A stretch of 64,000 nt of DNA, taken from NCBI GenBank assembly GCA_050250875.1, contig JBFWNV010000002.1:334-64333 (forward strand), in the 5' to 3' direction. Source of the DNA: Vicinamibacterales bacterium. Lineage in GTDB: Bacteria > Acidobacteriota > Vicinamibacteria > Vicinamibacterales > UBA2999. Made by a program: the position numbers and the translations under genes. Below the pieces are notes generated by a model. The model did not search any database, had not been told where the DNA came from, and was given only the letters and a program-made list of their open reading frames with translations. This document shows, piece by piece, positions 27,825 through 40,567 of the stretch (within the stretch, counting starts at the first letter, position 1; each line of letters begins with the position of its first letter).

Positions 27825-28193
27825 ATGCGCGCATTCACCCGCTGGTTCGTCGCTTGTCTGCTGGCGCTGTCGGCCGCGCCGCTGGCCGCCCATCACGGCT
27901 GGGCTGGCTACCAGACCGCCGAGTTCGAGATCGAAGGCACCGTGGTGAACGGCGTCACCTTCGCCGGGGCTCACGCCGCGATGAAGATTCGCGTCAACGA
28001 GCAGGTGTGGGACATCACCCTGGCGCCGCCGGCCGCCACCTCGCGCGCCGGCCTGAAGGAGGGTGTCATCCCGGTCGGCGCCACGGTGCTCGTCCACGGC
28101 CATCGCCACGTCGATCCCAAGCGGTTCGAAGTCAAGACCGAGCGCGTCACCTACAACGGCAAGACCTTCAACGTCTACCCGGATAGAACGTAG
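27825..28193 (+). CDS. Small secreted protein (possibly DUF6152-like)
   Basis: The signal peptide MRAFTRWFVACLLALSAAPLAA is followed by HHGWAGY. 122 aa. The family assignment is from memory and tentative. Confidence 0.5.
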   Translation: MRAFTRWFVACLLALSAAPLAAHHGWAGYQTAEFEIEGTVVNGVTFAGAHAAMKIRVNEQVWDITLAPPAATSRAGLKEGVIPVGATVLVHGHRHVDPKRFEVKTERVTYNGKTFNVYPDRT

Positions 28194-28251
28194 GGCGGCT
28201 CGTCGGAGCCGCCACGCGGACCGGGCCTCCAGGCAGAACCGAGGTTCTGCC

Positions 28252-29196
28252 CTACAGCCGGCGCAGCTGCACCATCTCCACCGCGTGGTCGGCGCCCTTG
28301 CGCAGGATCAGGTGGGCGCGCATCCGCGTCGGCGCGACGTTCTCGCGCAGGTTCACGCCGTTGATGTCGGCCCAGATGCCGGCGGCGGTGGCCCGCGCCT
28401 CGGCCTCGTTCAGCGACGCATAGCGGTGGAAGTACGACTGCGGGTCCTGGAAGACGGTGTCGCGCAGGCGCAGGAAGCGCTCGATGTACCAGCGCTCGAT
28501 GTCCTCCTCGTCGGCGTCGACGTAGATCGTGAAGTCGAAGAAGTCCGACGCGAACACCTGCGAGCCCGAGCGGTCGGACGGCCCCTGCAGCACGTTGAGG
28601 CCCTCGACGATGGCGATGTCTGGCTGCCGCACCGCCTGGGTCGCGCCCGGCACGATGTCGTAGCGCTGGTGCGAGTAGACCGGGGCCAGCGCCTCGGGCG
28701 CGCCCGACTTCACGTCGGCGAGGAAGCGCACCAGCCGGCCGCGGTCGTAGCTCTCGGGGAAGCCCTTGCGGTGCATGATGCCGCGCGCCGTGAGCACCGC
28801 GTTGGGGAACAGGAAACCGTCGGTGGTGACCAGATCGACCGAGGGATGCCCCGGCCAGCGCGAGAGCAGCGCCTGCAGGATGCGCGCGGTGGTGCTCTTG
28901 CCGACGGCGACGCTGCCGGCCAGGCCGATGATGAACGGCACCTTGGCGGTGTGATGGCCGAGGAACGACTGCGAGGCGCGGTGCAGCTCCTGGGTCGCCC
29001 GCACGTAGAGGCTGAGCAGCCGCGACAGCGGCAGGTAGATCTGCTCGACCTCGGTCAGCGACACGGCCTCGTTCAGGCCGCGCAGGGTGCGCAGGTCGGC
29101 TTCGCTCAGCGTCAGCGGGGTGTTGTCGCGCAGCCTCGCCCACGCCTTGCGATCGAACGTGAGGTAGCGGGACGGGACGGTCGGGGTCTCGGGCAT
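28252..29196 (-). CDS. coaA: Type I pantothenate kinase
   Basis: P-loop [15 protein letters not shown], plus TTDGFL and [10 protein letters not shown]. Confidence 0.9.
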   Translation of the reverse strand: MPETPTVPSRYLTFDRKAWARLRDNTPLTLSEADLRTLRGLNEAVSLTEVEQIYLPLSRLLSLYVRATQELHRASQSFLGHHTAKVPFIIGLAGSVAVGKSTTARILQALLSRWPGHPSVDLVTTDGFLFPNAVLTARGIMHRKGFPESYDRGRLVRFLADVKSGAPEALAPVYSHQRYDIVPGATQAVRQPDIAIVEGLNVLQGPSDRSGSQVFASDFFDFTIYVDADEEDIERWYIERFLRLRDTVFQDPQSYFHRYASLNEAEARATAAGIWADINGVNLRENVAPTRMRAHLILRKGADHAVEMVQLRRL

Positions 29197-29233
29197 CGGC
29201 GGCGCGCGGCCGAGCTTATCGCAGGGCCGGCCG

Positions 29234-29650
29234 CTACAGCAGGCCGAGTTGCAGGCGGGCGGCGTCGGTCATCCGCTCCATCGACCAGGGCGGGTCGAAG
29301 ACGATCTCCACCTGGGCCCCGGTCACGCCCTCGACGGCGCGGGCGCGGTCGCGCACCTCGCCGGGCAGGGTCTGCGCGGCCGGACAGGCCGGGGCGGTGA
29401 GCGTCATGCGGATGCCGACCCTGCGGTCGGCGTCGATCAGCACGTCGTAGACCAGCCCCATCTCGTAGATGTTGACGGGAATCTCGGGGTCGTAGACCTG
29501 CCGGAGGGCCTCGATCACCCTGGGGCGCAACTCGGCCATCTGCGCCGGATCGGGCGTGATCTCGAGCGGTCGCCCGAACTCGTCGGGCACCTGGGACGGC
29601 TGCTGGCCGGAGTAGTCGGGAATCACGGAGAGCATCCTCGGAGCGAACAT
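29234..29650 (-). CDS. sufT: SUF-associated DUF59/SufT-type Fe-S assembly protein
   Basis: Motifs [15 protein letters not shown] and LTAPACPA. Confidence 0.8.
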   Translation of the reverse strand: MFAPRMLSVIPDYSGQQPSQVPDEFGRPLEITPDPAQMAELRPRVIEALRQVYDPEIPVNIYEMGLVYDVLIDADRRVGIRMTLTAPACPAAQTLPGEVRDRARAVEGVTGAQVEIVFDPPWSMERMTDAARLQLGLL

Positions 29651-29657
29651 CGGCGCA

Positions 29658-30103
29658 TCACTCGGTGGAGACGGCGCCGCCGGTGGCGCCGTCGAGCGCG
29701 GCCTTGACCGTGTGCCAGGCCAGGCTCGCGCATTTCACGCGGGTCGGGAACTCGCGCACGCCGGCCAGCGCGGCCAGTTTGCCCAGGTCGGGCACCTCGC
29801 TGCCGAGCGGCGAGGTGACCATCGCCTGGAACCGCTCGAACAGCGCCCGCGCCTCGCCGACCGACCGGCCCTTGAGCGCCTCGGTCATCAGCGACGCCGA
29901 CGCCTTCGAGATGGCGCAGCCACTGCCCTCGAAGGCGACGTCGGCGATGCGGTCGCCGGCGACGGCGACGTAGACCGTCAGCCGATCGCCGCACAGCGGG
30001 TTGTAGCCCTCCTGCGCCGTCGCGCCGGCGATGGTCCGGAAGTTCCTCGGCCGCCGGTTGTGGTCGAGGATCACCTCCTGGTAGAGGTCGTCGAGCGCCG
30101 ACA

Positions 30104-30104
<1 letters not shown>
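29658..30104 (-). CDS. sufU: SUF system NifU-family sulfur acceptor/scaffold
   Basis: Motifs NPLCGD, GSGCAIS and VKCASLAW. Confidence 0.85.
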
Positions 30105-31347
<1,243 letters not shown>

Positions 31348-31351
<4 letters not shown>

Positions 31352-32672
31352 GCCTGCACCTCGGCGGCGGCCGTCGCCATGTCGCGGTCGAGCCGCGCGA
31401 ACAGCGCGGCCTCGAGCCGGCCGCGCAGCTCGCTCGACGAGATCTCGCCCAGCACCTCGCCGGCGAAGGCGTGCAGCAGCAGGTCGCGCGCCTGGTCGGG
31501 CGGCAGGCCGCGCGCCTGCAGGTAGAACAACGCGTCCTCGTCGAGCTGGCCGACGGCCGCGCCGTGGGTGCACTTCACGTCGTCGGCGAAGATCTCGAGC
31601 TGCGGGTTGGAGTTGACCTGCGCGGCGTCCGACAGCAGCAGCGCGCGGTTGGTCTGCTTGGCGTCGGTCTTCTGGGCGTCGGGGCGGACCAGAATCCGGC
31701 CGTTGAACACCGCCTTCGCCGTGCCGGCGAGGATGCCCTTGTAGAGTTCGTGGCTCGTGCAGTGCGGCAGCGCGTGGTCGATCGAGGTGTGGTTGTCGAC
31801 CAGCTGGGCGTCGTCGGCGACGTAGACGCCGTCGAGCGTGGCGTGGGCGCCCTCGCCGGCGAGCACCGCCGACAGGTCGTTGCGCACGATCCGTCCGCCC
31901 AGCGACACCGCCCGCGAGTGCAGGATGCTCGACGCCGCGCACTCGGCGTGCAGGTGGTGGACGTGATACGCCGCCGCCGACTCGCGCTGGTCGATGACCA
32001 GCTCCAGGACGGCGCCGTCGTCGAGCCGCACCTGGGTGACGGCGTTGGTCAGGTACACGGCGTCGTCCGGCCCGACGAACGAGACGATCACCGAGGCCTG
32101 GCTCTGCGCGCCGGCCTCGATGATCAGGCGCGGGTGGGCCATCACCGGCTCGTCCTCGGGCAGCGTGGCCAGCAGGACGTGGATCGGCGCCGTCAGCACC
32201 GCCCCCTCGGGAATCACGACGTGCACGCCGTCCTCGAGGAACGCGGCGTTCAGCGTCGCGAACGGCAGCCCGTCGGTGGCCAGCGCGGTGACCGCCTCCC
32301 GGGCGGTGGAGTCGTCCTGCTCGAAGCTGCCGGCCAGGCCGTCGACGACGACGCCGAGCGGCAGCGCCGACGACGACAGCTGCTCGTCGAAGCAGCCGTT
32401 GACGACCACCGCCGTCGCCGCACTCTCGCGCAGTTCGTGCGCGGCGACGAGCGCCTCGGCGCCCTCGGCCTCCGGCGGCGCCAGGGCGAACGTCGTACCG
32501 GCGATCGGGCCGATGTTGGTGAAGCGCCAGGCCTCCTCCCTGGTGGTCGGGAACCCGTGCCGCTCGAACGCCTCGAGCGCGGCCCGCCGGTGCTCGGCCA
32601 GCCATTCCGGGGCCCGGGTGCCGAGCGCCTGCTGCCCGGCGCGGATCCAGTCCAGAGCCTGCGTCGACGTGG

Positions 32673-32676
<4 letters not shown>
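31348..32676 (-). CDS. sufD: Fe-S cluster assembly protein SufD
   Basis: Beta-helix region ending in FADDVKCTHGAAVGQLDEDALFYLQARG. The GTG start overlaps the sufC stop (GTGA). Confidence 0.9.
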
Positions 32677-33434
<758 letters not shown>

Positions 33435-33440
33435 GTGTTT

Positions 33441-33472
33441 TCCCTGGTCCCCGGTCCCTGGTCCCCGGTCCC
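33441..33472 (-). repeat. Heptad array R3 (TCCCTGG TCCCCGG x2 on plus strand; GGGACC[A/G]-type, G-rich on minus strand)
   Basis: The array fills the sufB-sufC spacer, starting directly after the sufB stop codon (33473-33475) and ending 6 nt before the sufC ATG. Confidence 0.9.
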
Positions 33473-34921
<1,449 letters not shown>

Positions 34922-34931
34922 GTCAGTTGCG

Positions 34932-34979
34932 CCCTGTTCCCCAGCCCCGTTCTTGACCGAGTCCCCAGCCCCCAGCCCC
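34932..34979 (-). repeat. G-tract array R4 in the iscA-sufB spacer (GGGGCTG-type; 7 G-tracts on minus strand)
   Basis: The minus strand reads (TAG)GGGCTGGGGGCTGGGGACTCGGTCAAGAACGGGGCTGGGGAACAGGGC, directly after the iscA-like stop codon. Confidence 0.85.
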
Positions 34980-35308
34980 TAGACCCCGAACGAAGTTCCG
35001 CACCCGCACGCGCTCTTCGCGTTGGGGTTGCGCAGCGTGAAGGTCGTGGCCATGAGGTTGCCCTCGTCGAAGTCGAGCACCGTGCCGTCGAGCAGCTTCA
35101 GGCTGCGCGGGTCGACGAACACCTTGACGCCCTCCGGCCCGTCGAACACCTGATCGGTCGGCCTGGCCTCGCGCTCCCACTGGAAAACGTAGCTGTAGCC
35201 CGAGCAGCCGCCGGCCTTGATGGCCACGCGCAGTCCACCCCGGGCCGCGCCGCTCTTCACGAGCTGCCGGTTGATGACCCGCGCCGCGCTCTCCGTGATC
35301 TCAATCAT
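34979..35308 (-). CDS. A-type Fe-S carrier (IscA/SufA/ErpA, HesB family)
   Basis: Motifs GGCSGYSY and C-terminal CGCGTSFGV. ATGA overlap with the upstream gene. Confidence 0.85.
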   Translation of the reverse strand: MIEITESAARVINRQLVKSGAARGGLRVAIKAGGCSGYSYVFQWEREARPTDQVFDGPEGVKVFVDPRSLKLLDGTVLDFDEGNLMATTFTLRNPNAKSACGCGTSFGV

Positions 35309-35742
35309 CCCGCCACCCCGCGTCCCGCCCGAGCCCCGAGCCCCGAGTCCCGAGCCCCGGCCTTGCGTTCCCAGTCCCCGATCGCCTGCTGCACCGCCGC
35401 CACGGCCTGCACCGCCATCGCCCGCTTCTCGTCCGGCAGCTCCAGCCCGTTGGCGATGGCCGCAGCGTCGAGGCCACGGGCCGCGTCCACGGCCAGGCCG
35501 GCCACCTGCTCGGCCGCCAGGCTGGCGCTGGCGATCGCCGCGCTGCAGCCGAACACCTTGAAGCGGGCGTCGTCGACGACGACACCGGTCACGCGCACCT
35601 GCATGCGCACCACGGTGCCGGCGTCGAGGCTGCCCACGACGCCGGTGCCGACCTGCGGGTCGTGCTCCGCCCAGCCGCCGGCACGGGTCATCTCGCGGCA
35701 GCGGCGGATCACCTCGGCCGAGTAGCCGGTGGCGACGCTCAT
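35305..35742 (-). CDS. NifU/IscU N-domain-like protein (degenerate: only one of three canonical cluster Cys retained)
   Basis: FKVFGCSAAIASAS matches the central IscU motif. The positions of the first (GAPACGD) and third (HCS) Cys motifs read GSLDAGT and RAMAV. Coupled by ATGA overlaps on both sides. Confidence 0.65.
   Translation of the reverse strand: MSVATGYSAEVIRRCREMTRAGGWAEHDPQVGTGVVGSLDAGTVVRMQVRVTGVVVDDARFKVFGCSAAIASASLAAEQVAGLAVDAARGLDAAAIANGLELPDEKRAMAVQAVAAVQQAIGDWERKAGARDSGLGARAGRGVAG
35327..35360 (-). repeat. Heptad array R5 (GCCCGAG CCCCGAG CCCCGAG TCCCGAG CCCCGG on plus strand), lying inside the 3' coding end of the NifU-like gene
   Basis: The array is translated as ..[12 protein letters not shown].. 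in the 35305..35742 ORF. Confidence 0.9.
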
Positions 35743-36920
35743 GCGCGCACCGCCTCCACCGGTGACACGGCCCGCAGCCGCCGCACCGCGGCAATCACCG
35801 TGGCGGCCGCGACGTCGACGTCGGCGGCAGTGGTCGATCGGCCGAGGCCGAAGCGCACCGCCCCCCACGCCTCCGCCTTCCCCAGTCCCAGCGCCTTGAC
35901 GACGTGCGACGGCTCGCGGCTGCCCGACGCGCACGCCGATCCGGCCGAGACCGCGAGGTCGTCGGCGAGTGCCGCCATCAGCGCGTCGCTGTCGATGCCG
36001 GCGAAGCTGACGTGCAGGTTGTGCGGCAGGCGCGCCGTCATCGAGCCGTTGACGCTCACCGCGTCGAGCCCGTCGCCGAGCGCCGTCAGCAGGCGATCGC
36101 GAAGCGCGGCCACGCGCGGCCCCTCGGTGGCGAGCAGCGCCGCGCCCAGTGCCGCCGCGGCGCCGAACCCGACGATGCCCGGCACGTTCAGCGTCCCCGG
36201 GCGCAGGCCCCGCTCCTGGCCGCCGCCGGTGAGCTGCGCGTCGATCTCGACCTTCGGTGCCCGGCGCACGTAGAGGGCGCCGACCCCCTTGGGGCCGTAC
36301 AGCTTGTGCGCCGTGAACGACGCCAGGTCCACGCCGCTCGCCTCGACGTCGAAGGGCACGTGGCCGGCCGCCTGCACGGCGTCGGTGTGCAGCCACACGC
36401 CGCGGGCCCGGCAGGCCCGCGACAGCGCGTCGAGCGGTTGCAGGACGCCGATCTCGTTGTTGGCCGCCATCACCGAGGCCAGCACGGTGCGGTCGGTGAG
36501 CGCCGCGGCGAAGCGGTCGGGGTCGACGAGCCCGTCGCGATCGACCGGCAGCACCGTGACCTCGCAGCCGTCGGCAGCGAGCGCCCGGCAGGTGTCGAGC
36601 ACGGCATGGTGCTCCGTCGCCACCGTGACCACGTGCGCGCCGCGGCCCCGGCGGGCCGCCACCACACCGCGAATCGCCAGGTTGTTGGCCTCGGTGGCCC
36701 CACTGGTGAAGACGATCTCCTTCGCCCTGGCGCCGACGAGCGTCGCCACCTGCTGCCGGGCGCGCTCGACGGCCTCCTCGGCCTGCCAGCCGTAGCGGTG
36801 CTGCCGGCTCGAGGCGTTGCCGAACGCCTCGGTGAAGTACGGCAGCATCGCGTCGAGCACCCGGGGATCGACGGGCGTCGTGGCGTGATGGTCGAGGTAG
36901 AGGGGACGCTCGGCGGCCAT
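35739..36920 (-). CDS. iscS: Cysteine desulfurase, class I (IscS/NifS)
   Basis: Motifs LDHHATTPVDP, FTAHKLYGPKGVG and VSAGSACASG. Confidence 0.9.
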   Translation of the reverse strand: MAAERPLYLDHHATTPVDPRVLDAMLPYFTEAFGNASSRQHRYGWQAEEAVERARQQVATLVGARAKEIVFTSGATEANNLAIRGVVAARRGRGAHVVTVATEHHAVLDTCRALAADGCEVTVLPVDRDGLVDPDRFAAALTDRTVLASVMAANNEIGVLQPLDALSRACRARGVWLHTDAVQAAGHVPFDVEASGVDLASFTAHKLYGPKGVGALYVRRAPKVEIDAQLTGGGQERGLRPGTLNVPGIVGFGAAAALGAALLATEGPRVAALRDRLLTALGDGLDAVSVNGSMTARLPHNLHVSFAGIDSDALMAALADDLAVSAGSACASGSREPSHVVKALGLGKAEAWGAVRFGLGRSTTAADVDVAAATVIAAVRRLRAVSPVEAVRA

Positions 36921-36927
36921 GGCGGAC

Positions 36928-37407
36928 TCAGTCGGCGAGACGCGGCGCCTGGCGCAATGACGGCTGAACGGTGAGCGGCACCGGCACCGCTTCGGCGGCG
37001 GCCGGCGGTTCCGCCAGCTCGGCCAGGCTCACCGTGGCCAGCGCGTCGACGATGCGCGACTTGATCTTCCAGAGCGGATCGCGAATCTCACAGCGCTCGA
37101 ACTGTTCGCAGGTGTGATTCGACGGCGAGCACGCGGTGACCGCGACCGGGCCGTCGATCGCCTGGATCACGTCGGCCACCGTCATCTGGTGCGCCGGCCG
37201 CCCCAGTTTGTAGCCACCGCGGGTGCCCTGCACCGATACCAGGAGCTTCGATCGCACCAGCCGCTGCAGCACCTTGGCGAGCAACTCGGCCGGGATGGCG
37301 TAGCTTTCGGCGATCTCGCGGGCGCTCGACGAGCTGCCCGGCTCGCTGCCCGCGAGGTGGCGCATCGCGATCAGGGCGTAATCCGCTTTCTTCGACAGGC
37401 GCAGCAT
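36928..37407 (-). CDS. iscR: Rrf2-family transcriptional regulator (IscR/SufR-like, Cys-containing)
   Basis: The N-terminus is MLRLSKKADYALIAMRHLA. The wHTH motif is GTRGGYKL. A Cys cluster CSPSNHTCEQFERC is present. First gene of the Fe-S operon. Confidence 0.85.
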   Translation of the reverse strand: MLRLSKKADYALIAMRHLAGSEPGSSSSAREIAESYAIPAELLAKVLQRLVRSKLLVSVQGTRGGYKLGRPAHQMTVADVIQAIDGPVAVTACSPSNHTCEQFERCEIRDPLWKIKSRIVDALATVSLAELAEPPAAAEAVPVPLTVQPSLRQAPRLAD

Positions 37408-37499
37408 GGGTGGTCGTCCTGACGCTGGGACGCCGGGGATTGGGGCCCCCGGCGACGCCGTCCAGCGGGATCGCCAGAAATGGCGACCTCACGAGTCCT

Positions 37500-37528
37500 A
37501 TATTAGCCAGCGAAGTCCGACTGCGCAA
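37500..37528 (-). promoter_or_regulatory. Candidate promoter of the iscR-suf operon (-35 TTGCGC, 17-nt spacer, -10 TAATAT)
   Basis: The minus strand reads TTGCGC-N17-TAATAT. It is followed by ATAGGACTCGTGAGGTC, a possible Rrf2 operator, about 90 nt upstream of the ATG. Confidence 0.35.
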
Positions 37529-37551
37529 GTCGGGGATTGGGTGGACGGTTC

Positions 37552-37569
37552 AGGGACCGGGGACCAGGG
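37552..37569 (+). repeat. Heptad array R6 (AGGGACC GGGGACC AGGG, G-rich on plus strand)
   Basis: Left arm of composite element A, complementary to R7. Confidence 0.8.
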
Positions 37570-37664
37570 AAAGCGCTTGGCACGGCGCGTTCCGCGCCGT
37601 AGGCGCCTCAAAGCCCGCACGAGCAGGAACCCAGGCCGCGGCGACGCGGCCGACAGGCGTTCTG

Positions 37665-37693
37665 CCCGGTCCCGGGTCCCTGGTCCCTGGGTC
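37665..37693 (-). repeat. Heptad array R7 (CCCGGT CCCGGGT CCCTGGT CCCTGGGTC on plus strand; G-rich on minus strand)
   Basis: On the minus strand the array begins 10 nt after the cysO::moeZ stop codon (37704-37706). Confidence 0.85.
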
Positions 37694-37703
37694 GCTGCGA
37701 GCG

Positions 37704-39152
37704 TCAGTACTTCGGCTGGCTCGGGTCTACCTGGTCAATCCAGGCCAGGATGCCGCCGGTGAGGTTCCGCACGTTGGTGAAGCCCTGCTGGCGCAGGAAC
37801 GCCGCCGCCTTGCCGGAGCGGACGCCCGACTTGCACTGGGCGACGATCTCGGCGCTCTTGTCGAGCTCGGCACAGCGACTCGGCAAGTCGCCCAGCGGAA
37901 TCAGCACCGACCCCGGGATGCGGTTGATCTGGTACTCGTTCGGCTCGCGCACGTCGAGGATGAACGGCGTCGTCCCGGCGTCCATGCGCGCCTTCAGCTC
38001 CAGCGGCGAGACGTCGGTGGCCGGCGAGGTCGGCGGCGGCGTGGCCGGCGCCGGCGTGATGCCGCAGAACTGCTCGTAGTCGATGAGCGCCGTCACCGTC
38101 GGGTGCGTCCCGCACACCGGGCAGTCGGGATCCTTGCGCAGCGTCAGCTCGCGGAAGCGCATCCGCATCGCGTCGTAGATGAGGAACCGTCCGGCCAGCG
38201 TCTGGCCGATGCCGAGAATCAACTTCACCGTCTCGGTCGCCTGGATCGTGCCGACCAGGCCCGGCAGGATGCCGAGCACGCCGGCCTCGGCGCAGCTCGG
38301 CACGAGCCCGGGCGGCGGCGGCTCCGGGTACAGGCAGCGGTAGCACGGGCCGTCCTTGGTGCCGAACACCGAGGCCTGGCCTTCGAACCGGAAGATGCTG
38401 CCGTAGGCGTTCGGGATGCCGAGGAGCACGCACGCGTCGTTGACGAGATAGCGCGTCGGGAAGTTGTCGGTGCCGTCGACGATCACGTCATAGCCGCGGA
38501 AGATGTCGAGCGCGTTCTGCGAGCTGAGCGCCACCTCGTGGCCGACGACGTTGACGTGCGGGTTAATGCGCCGCAGCGTGTCCCGAGCCGACGCCAGCTT
38601 CGGCCGGCCGATGTCGTCGGTGCCGTGCATGATCTGACGCTGCAGGTTGCTGAGATCGACGGTGTCGAAGTCGACGATGCCCAGCGTGCCGACGCCCGCC
38701 GCCGCTAGGTACATCGCCACCGGCGAGCCGAGGCCGCCGGCGCCGATGCACAGCACCTTGGCGGCCTTGAGCTTCTGCTGCCCCTCCATGCCCACTTCCG
38801 ACAGGATGAGGTGGCGGCTGTAGCGCTTGATCTCCTCGCCGTCGAGGGCCGGGAGCGCGGCCGGGGCCTCGACACCGGCGCCACCGGCCACCGACGGGAT
38901 GATGCTCACCGTCTGGCCATCGGCCACCGGCGTCTGCTCCTTCTGCAGGTAGCGGATGTCCTCGTCGCCGACGTAGATGTTCACGAAGCTCCGCAGCTTG
39001 CCGTCGGGCGTGAAGAGGTGCTGCTTGAGGCCGGCGTGCTTCGTCGTCAGGTCCTGGAGCACCTCGCCGACCGTGGCGCCATTGGCCTGCACGGTGTCGA
39101 GCTTGTCGGTGAAGGGCCGAAGGGGCGTCGGGATGTGGATGGCTACGGGCAT
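37704..39152 (-). CDS. moeZ: Fusion protein: CysO/ThiS/MoaD-type sulfur carrier (ending ..SVAGG) + MoeZ/MoeB-type adenylyltransferase + rhodanese domain
   Basis: The first 91 aa (MPVAIHIPTPLRPF..FVNIYVGDEDIRY..SIIPSVAGG) resemble CysO. A 14-aa linker follows. The E1-like domain has RYSRHLIL, GAGGLGS and CxxC pairs. The rhodanese domain has CKSGVRS. Confidence 0.85.
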   Translation of the reverse strand: MPVAIHIPTPLRPFTDKLDTVQANGATVGEVLQDLTTKHAGLKQHLFTPDGKLRSFVNIYVGDEDIRYLQKEQTPVADGQTVSIIPSVAGGAGVEAPAALPALDGEEIKRYSRHLILSEVGMEGQQKLKAAKVLCIGAGGLGSPVAMYLAAAGVGTLGIVDFDTVDLSNLQRQIMHGTDDIGRPKLASARDTLRRINPHVNVVGHEVALSSQNALDIFRGYDVIVDGTDNFPTRYLVNDACVLLGIPNAYGSIFRFEGQASVFGTKDGPCYRCLYPEPPPPGLVPSCAEAGVLGILPGLVGTIQATETVKLILGIGQTLAGRFLIYDAMRMRFRELTLRKDPDCPVCGTHPTVTALIDYEQFCGITPAPATPPPTSPATDVSPLELKARMDAGTTPFILDVREPNEYQINRIPGSVLIPLGDLPSRCAELDKSAEIVAQCKSGVRSGKAAAFLRQQGFTNVRNLTGGILAWIDQVDPSQPKY

Positions 39153-39176
39153 ACGTCCTCGTTGGAAACCTCAAGT

Positions 39177-39608
39177 CTACGACGCCGCGGCCGCCTCCGC
39201 CGTGTCGACCGCCTGTTCGTCGTAGCCCGACCGGTCGGCCTTCAGCCGCCACGCGCGCAGTGCCCCCGGCTGGCCCTGCTGCACCGACAGGATCGGGTAG
39301 ACGAAGGTCGGGAAGGCGTGATCGAGATCGTACTGCGACGGCTCGGCCGGGTGATCGGGGTGGGAGTGGTAGAAGCCGAGCAGACTCAGCCCCGCCGCCG
39401 ACGCCTTGCGCTCGGCCGCCAGGTAGTCCTTGTCGTCCACCCGGAAGCGGCGGCGCGGCCCCTCGGTGGTCACGTTGGGCAGCGGGTGCACGGCGTGCAC
39501 GACGTCGCCCTCACCCAGCAGCGCGCCGCAGCATTCGTGCGGATAGGCCTCGCGGCCGTGCTGCTCGATGGCGGCGCGGACGCCAGGCCTGAGCGTGAGC
39601 GGCATCAT
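39177..39608 (-). CDS. mec: JAMM/MPN+ metalloprotease (Mec-type)
   Basis: Contains E..ECCG and the JAMM motif HSHPDHPAEPSQYD. ATGA overlap with cysM. Confidence 0.85.
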   Translation of the reverse strand: MMPLTLRPGVRAAIEQHGREAYPHECCGALLGEGDVVHAVHPLPNVTTEGPRRRFRVDDKDYLAAERKASAAGLSLLGFYHSHPDHPAEPSQYDLDHAFPTFVYPILSVQQGQPGALRAWRLKADRSGYDEQAVDTAEAAAAS

Positions 39609-40567
39609 GTCGTCGGCGTCTCCGACAGCGGCGCCGCGTCCACGGCGGGCTTCCGTCCCTCGTCCCAGAAGTGCTCGGACAGGTAGCGATCGCCGGCATC
39701 GCACAGCACGACCACCATCACGACGCGGTCCCGGCTGCGCAGTGCGTCGGCCGCCCGGGCCAGCCCGGCGGCGACGTTGGCGCCGCTCGAAACGCCGACG
39801 AGCAACCCCTCTTCGCGGGCCAGCCGGCGGGTCATCTCGTGCGCGGCCTCGGTCGAGATCTCCGCAGCGTAGTCGGCCAGCGTCTCGTCGTAGATGCCGG
39901 GGACGATCGCCGAGGCCATGTGCTTGAGCCCTTCGAGCCCGTGCAGCGGCGACTCCGGCTGCACCGAGACCAGCACGACGTCGGGGATGTGGGCGCGCAG
40001 GAAGCGGCCCGTGCCCATGAACGTGCCGCTGGTGCCGAGCGCGGCGATGAAATGGGTGAGGCGGCCGGCCGTGCCGGAGAGGATCTCCGGCCCGGTGGTC
40101 TCGTAGTGCGCCCGCCAGTTGAAGTCGTTGTTGTACTGATCCGGATAGAAATACCGCTCCGGGGCCGCGGCATACCGGCGCCGGCACTCGACGATCGCGC
40201 CGTCCGATCCGTCCATCGGATCGGTGAACACGAGGTCGGCACCATAGGCGGTGAGGATGCGCTTCCGCTCCGGACTCGCGCTCGCCGGCACGCACAGCGT
40301 CACCGGGAAGCCCAGGGCGGCGCCGATCATCGCGTAGGCGATGCCGGTGTTGCCGGAGGTGGCGTCGAGCAGCCGCTTGCCGGGGCCGAGCGCTCCCGAG
40401 CGGATGCCCTCGAGAATCATGTGGCGGGCGGCGCGGTCCTTCACCGACCCGCCCGGGTTGCTCGCCTCGAGCTTGCCGTACAACTCGAGGCCCGGCACGT
40501 CGCGTTCGAGCCGCGACAGGCGGACCAGTGGCGTATTGCCGATGGCGTCCAGCAGCGTTCTGTCCAT
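39605..40567 (-). CDS. cysM: Cysteine synthase (CysM-like, PLP-dependent)
   Basis: Motifs NPGGSVKDR, SGNTG and GTSGTFMG. ATG 40567; the ORF track uses TTG 40573. Confidence 0.9.
   Translation of the reverse strand: MDRTLLDAIGNTPLVRLSRLERDVPGLELYGKLEASNPGGSVKDRAARHMILEGIRSGALGPGKRLLDATSGNTGIAYAMIGAALGFPVTLCVPASASPERKRILTAYGADLVFTDPMDGSDGAIVECRRRYAAAPERYFYPDQYNNDFNWRAHYETTGPEILSGTAGRLTHFIAALGTSGTFMGTGRFLRAHIPDVVLVSVQPESPLHGLEGLKHMASAIVPGIYDETLADYAAEISTEAAHEMTRRLAREEGLLVGVSSGANVAAGLARAADALRSRDRVVMVVVLCDAGDRYLSEHFWDEGRKPAVDAAPLSETPTT

Noticed and set aside
37578-37592. TGGCAC motifs resembling sigma-54 -24 elements (37578-37583 and 24890-24895), examined because a sigma-54 activator is encoded at the right edge
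   Set aside because: The required GC of the -12 element (TTGC) is not at the correct spacing: the sequences read TGGCAC-N5-GTTC and TGGCAC-N5-TTCC. Both also lie inside hairpin or terminator contexts and not upstream of a suitably oriented gene.
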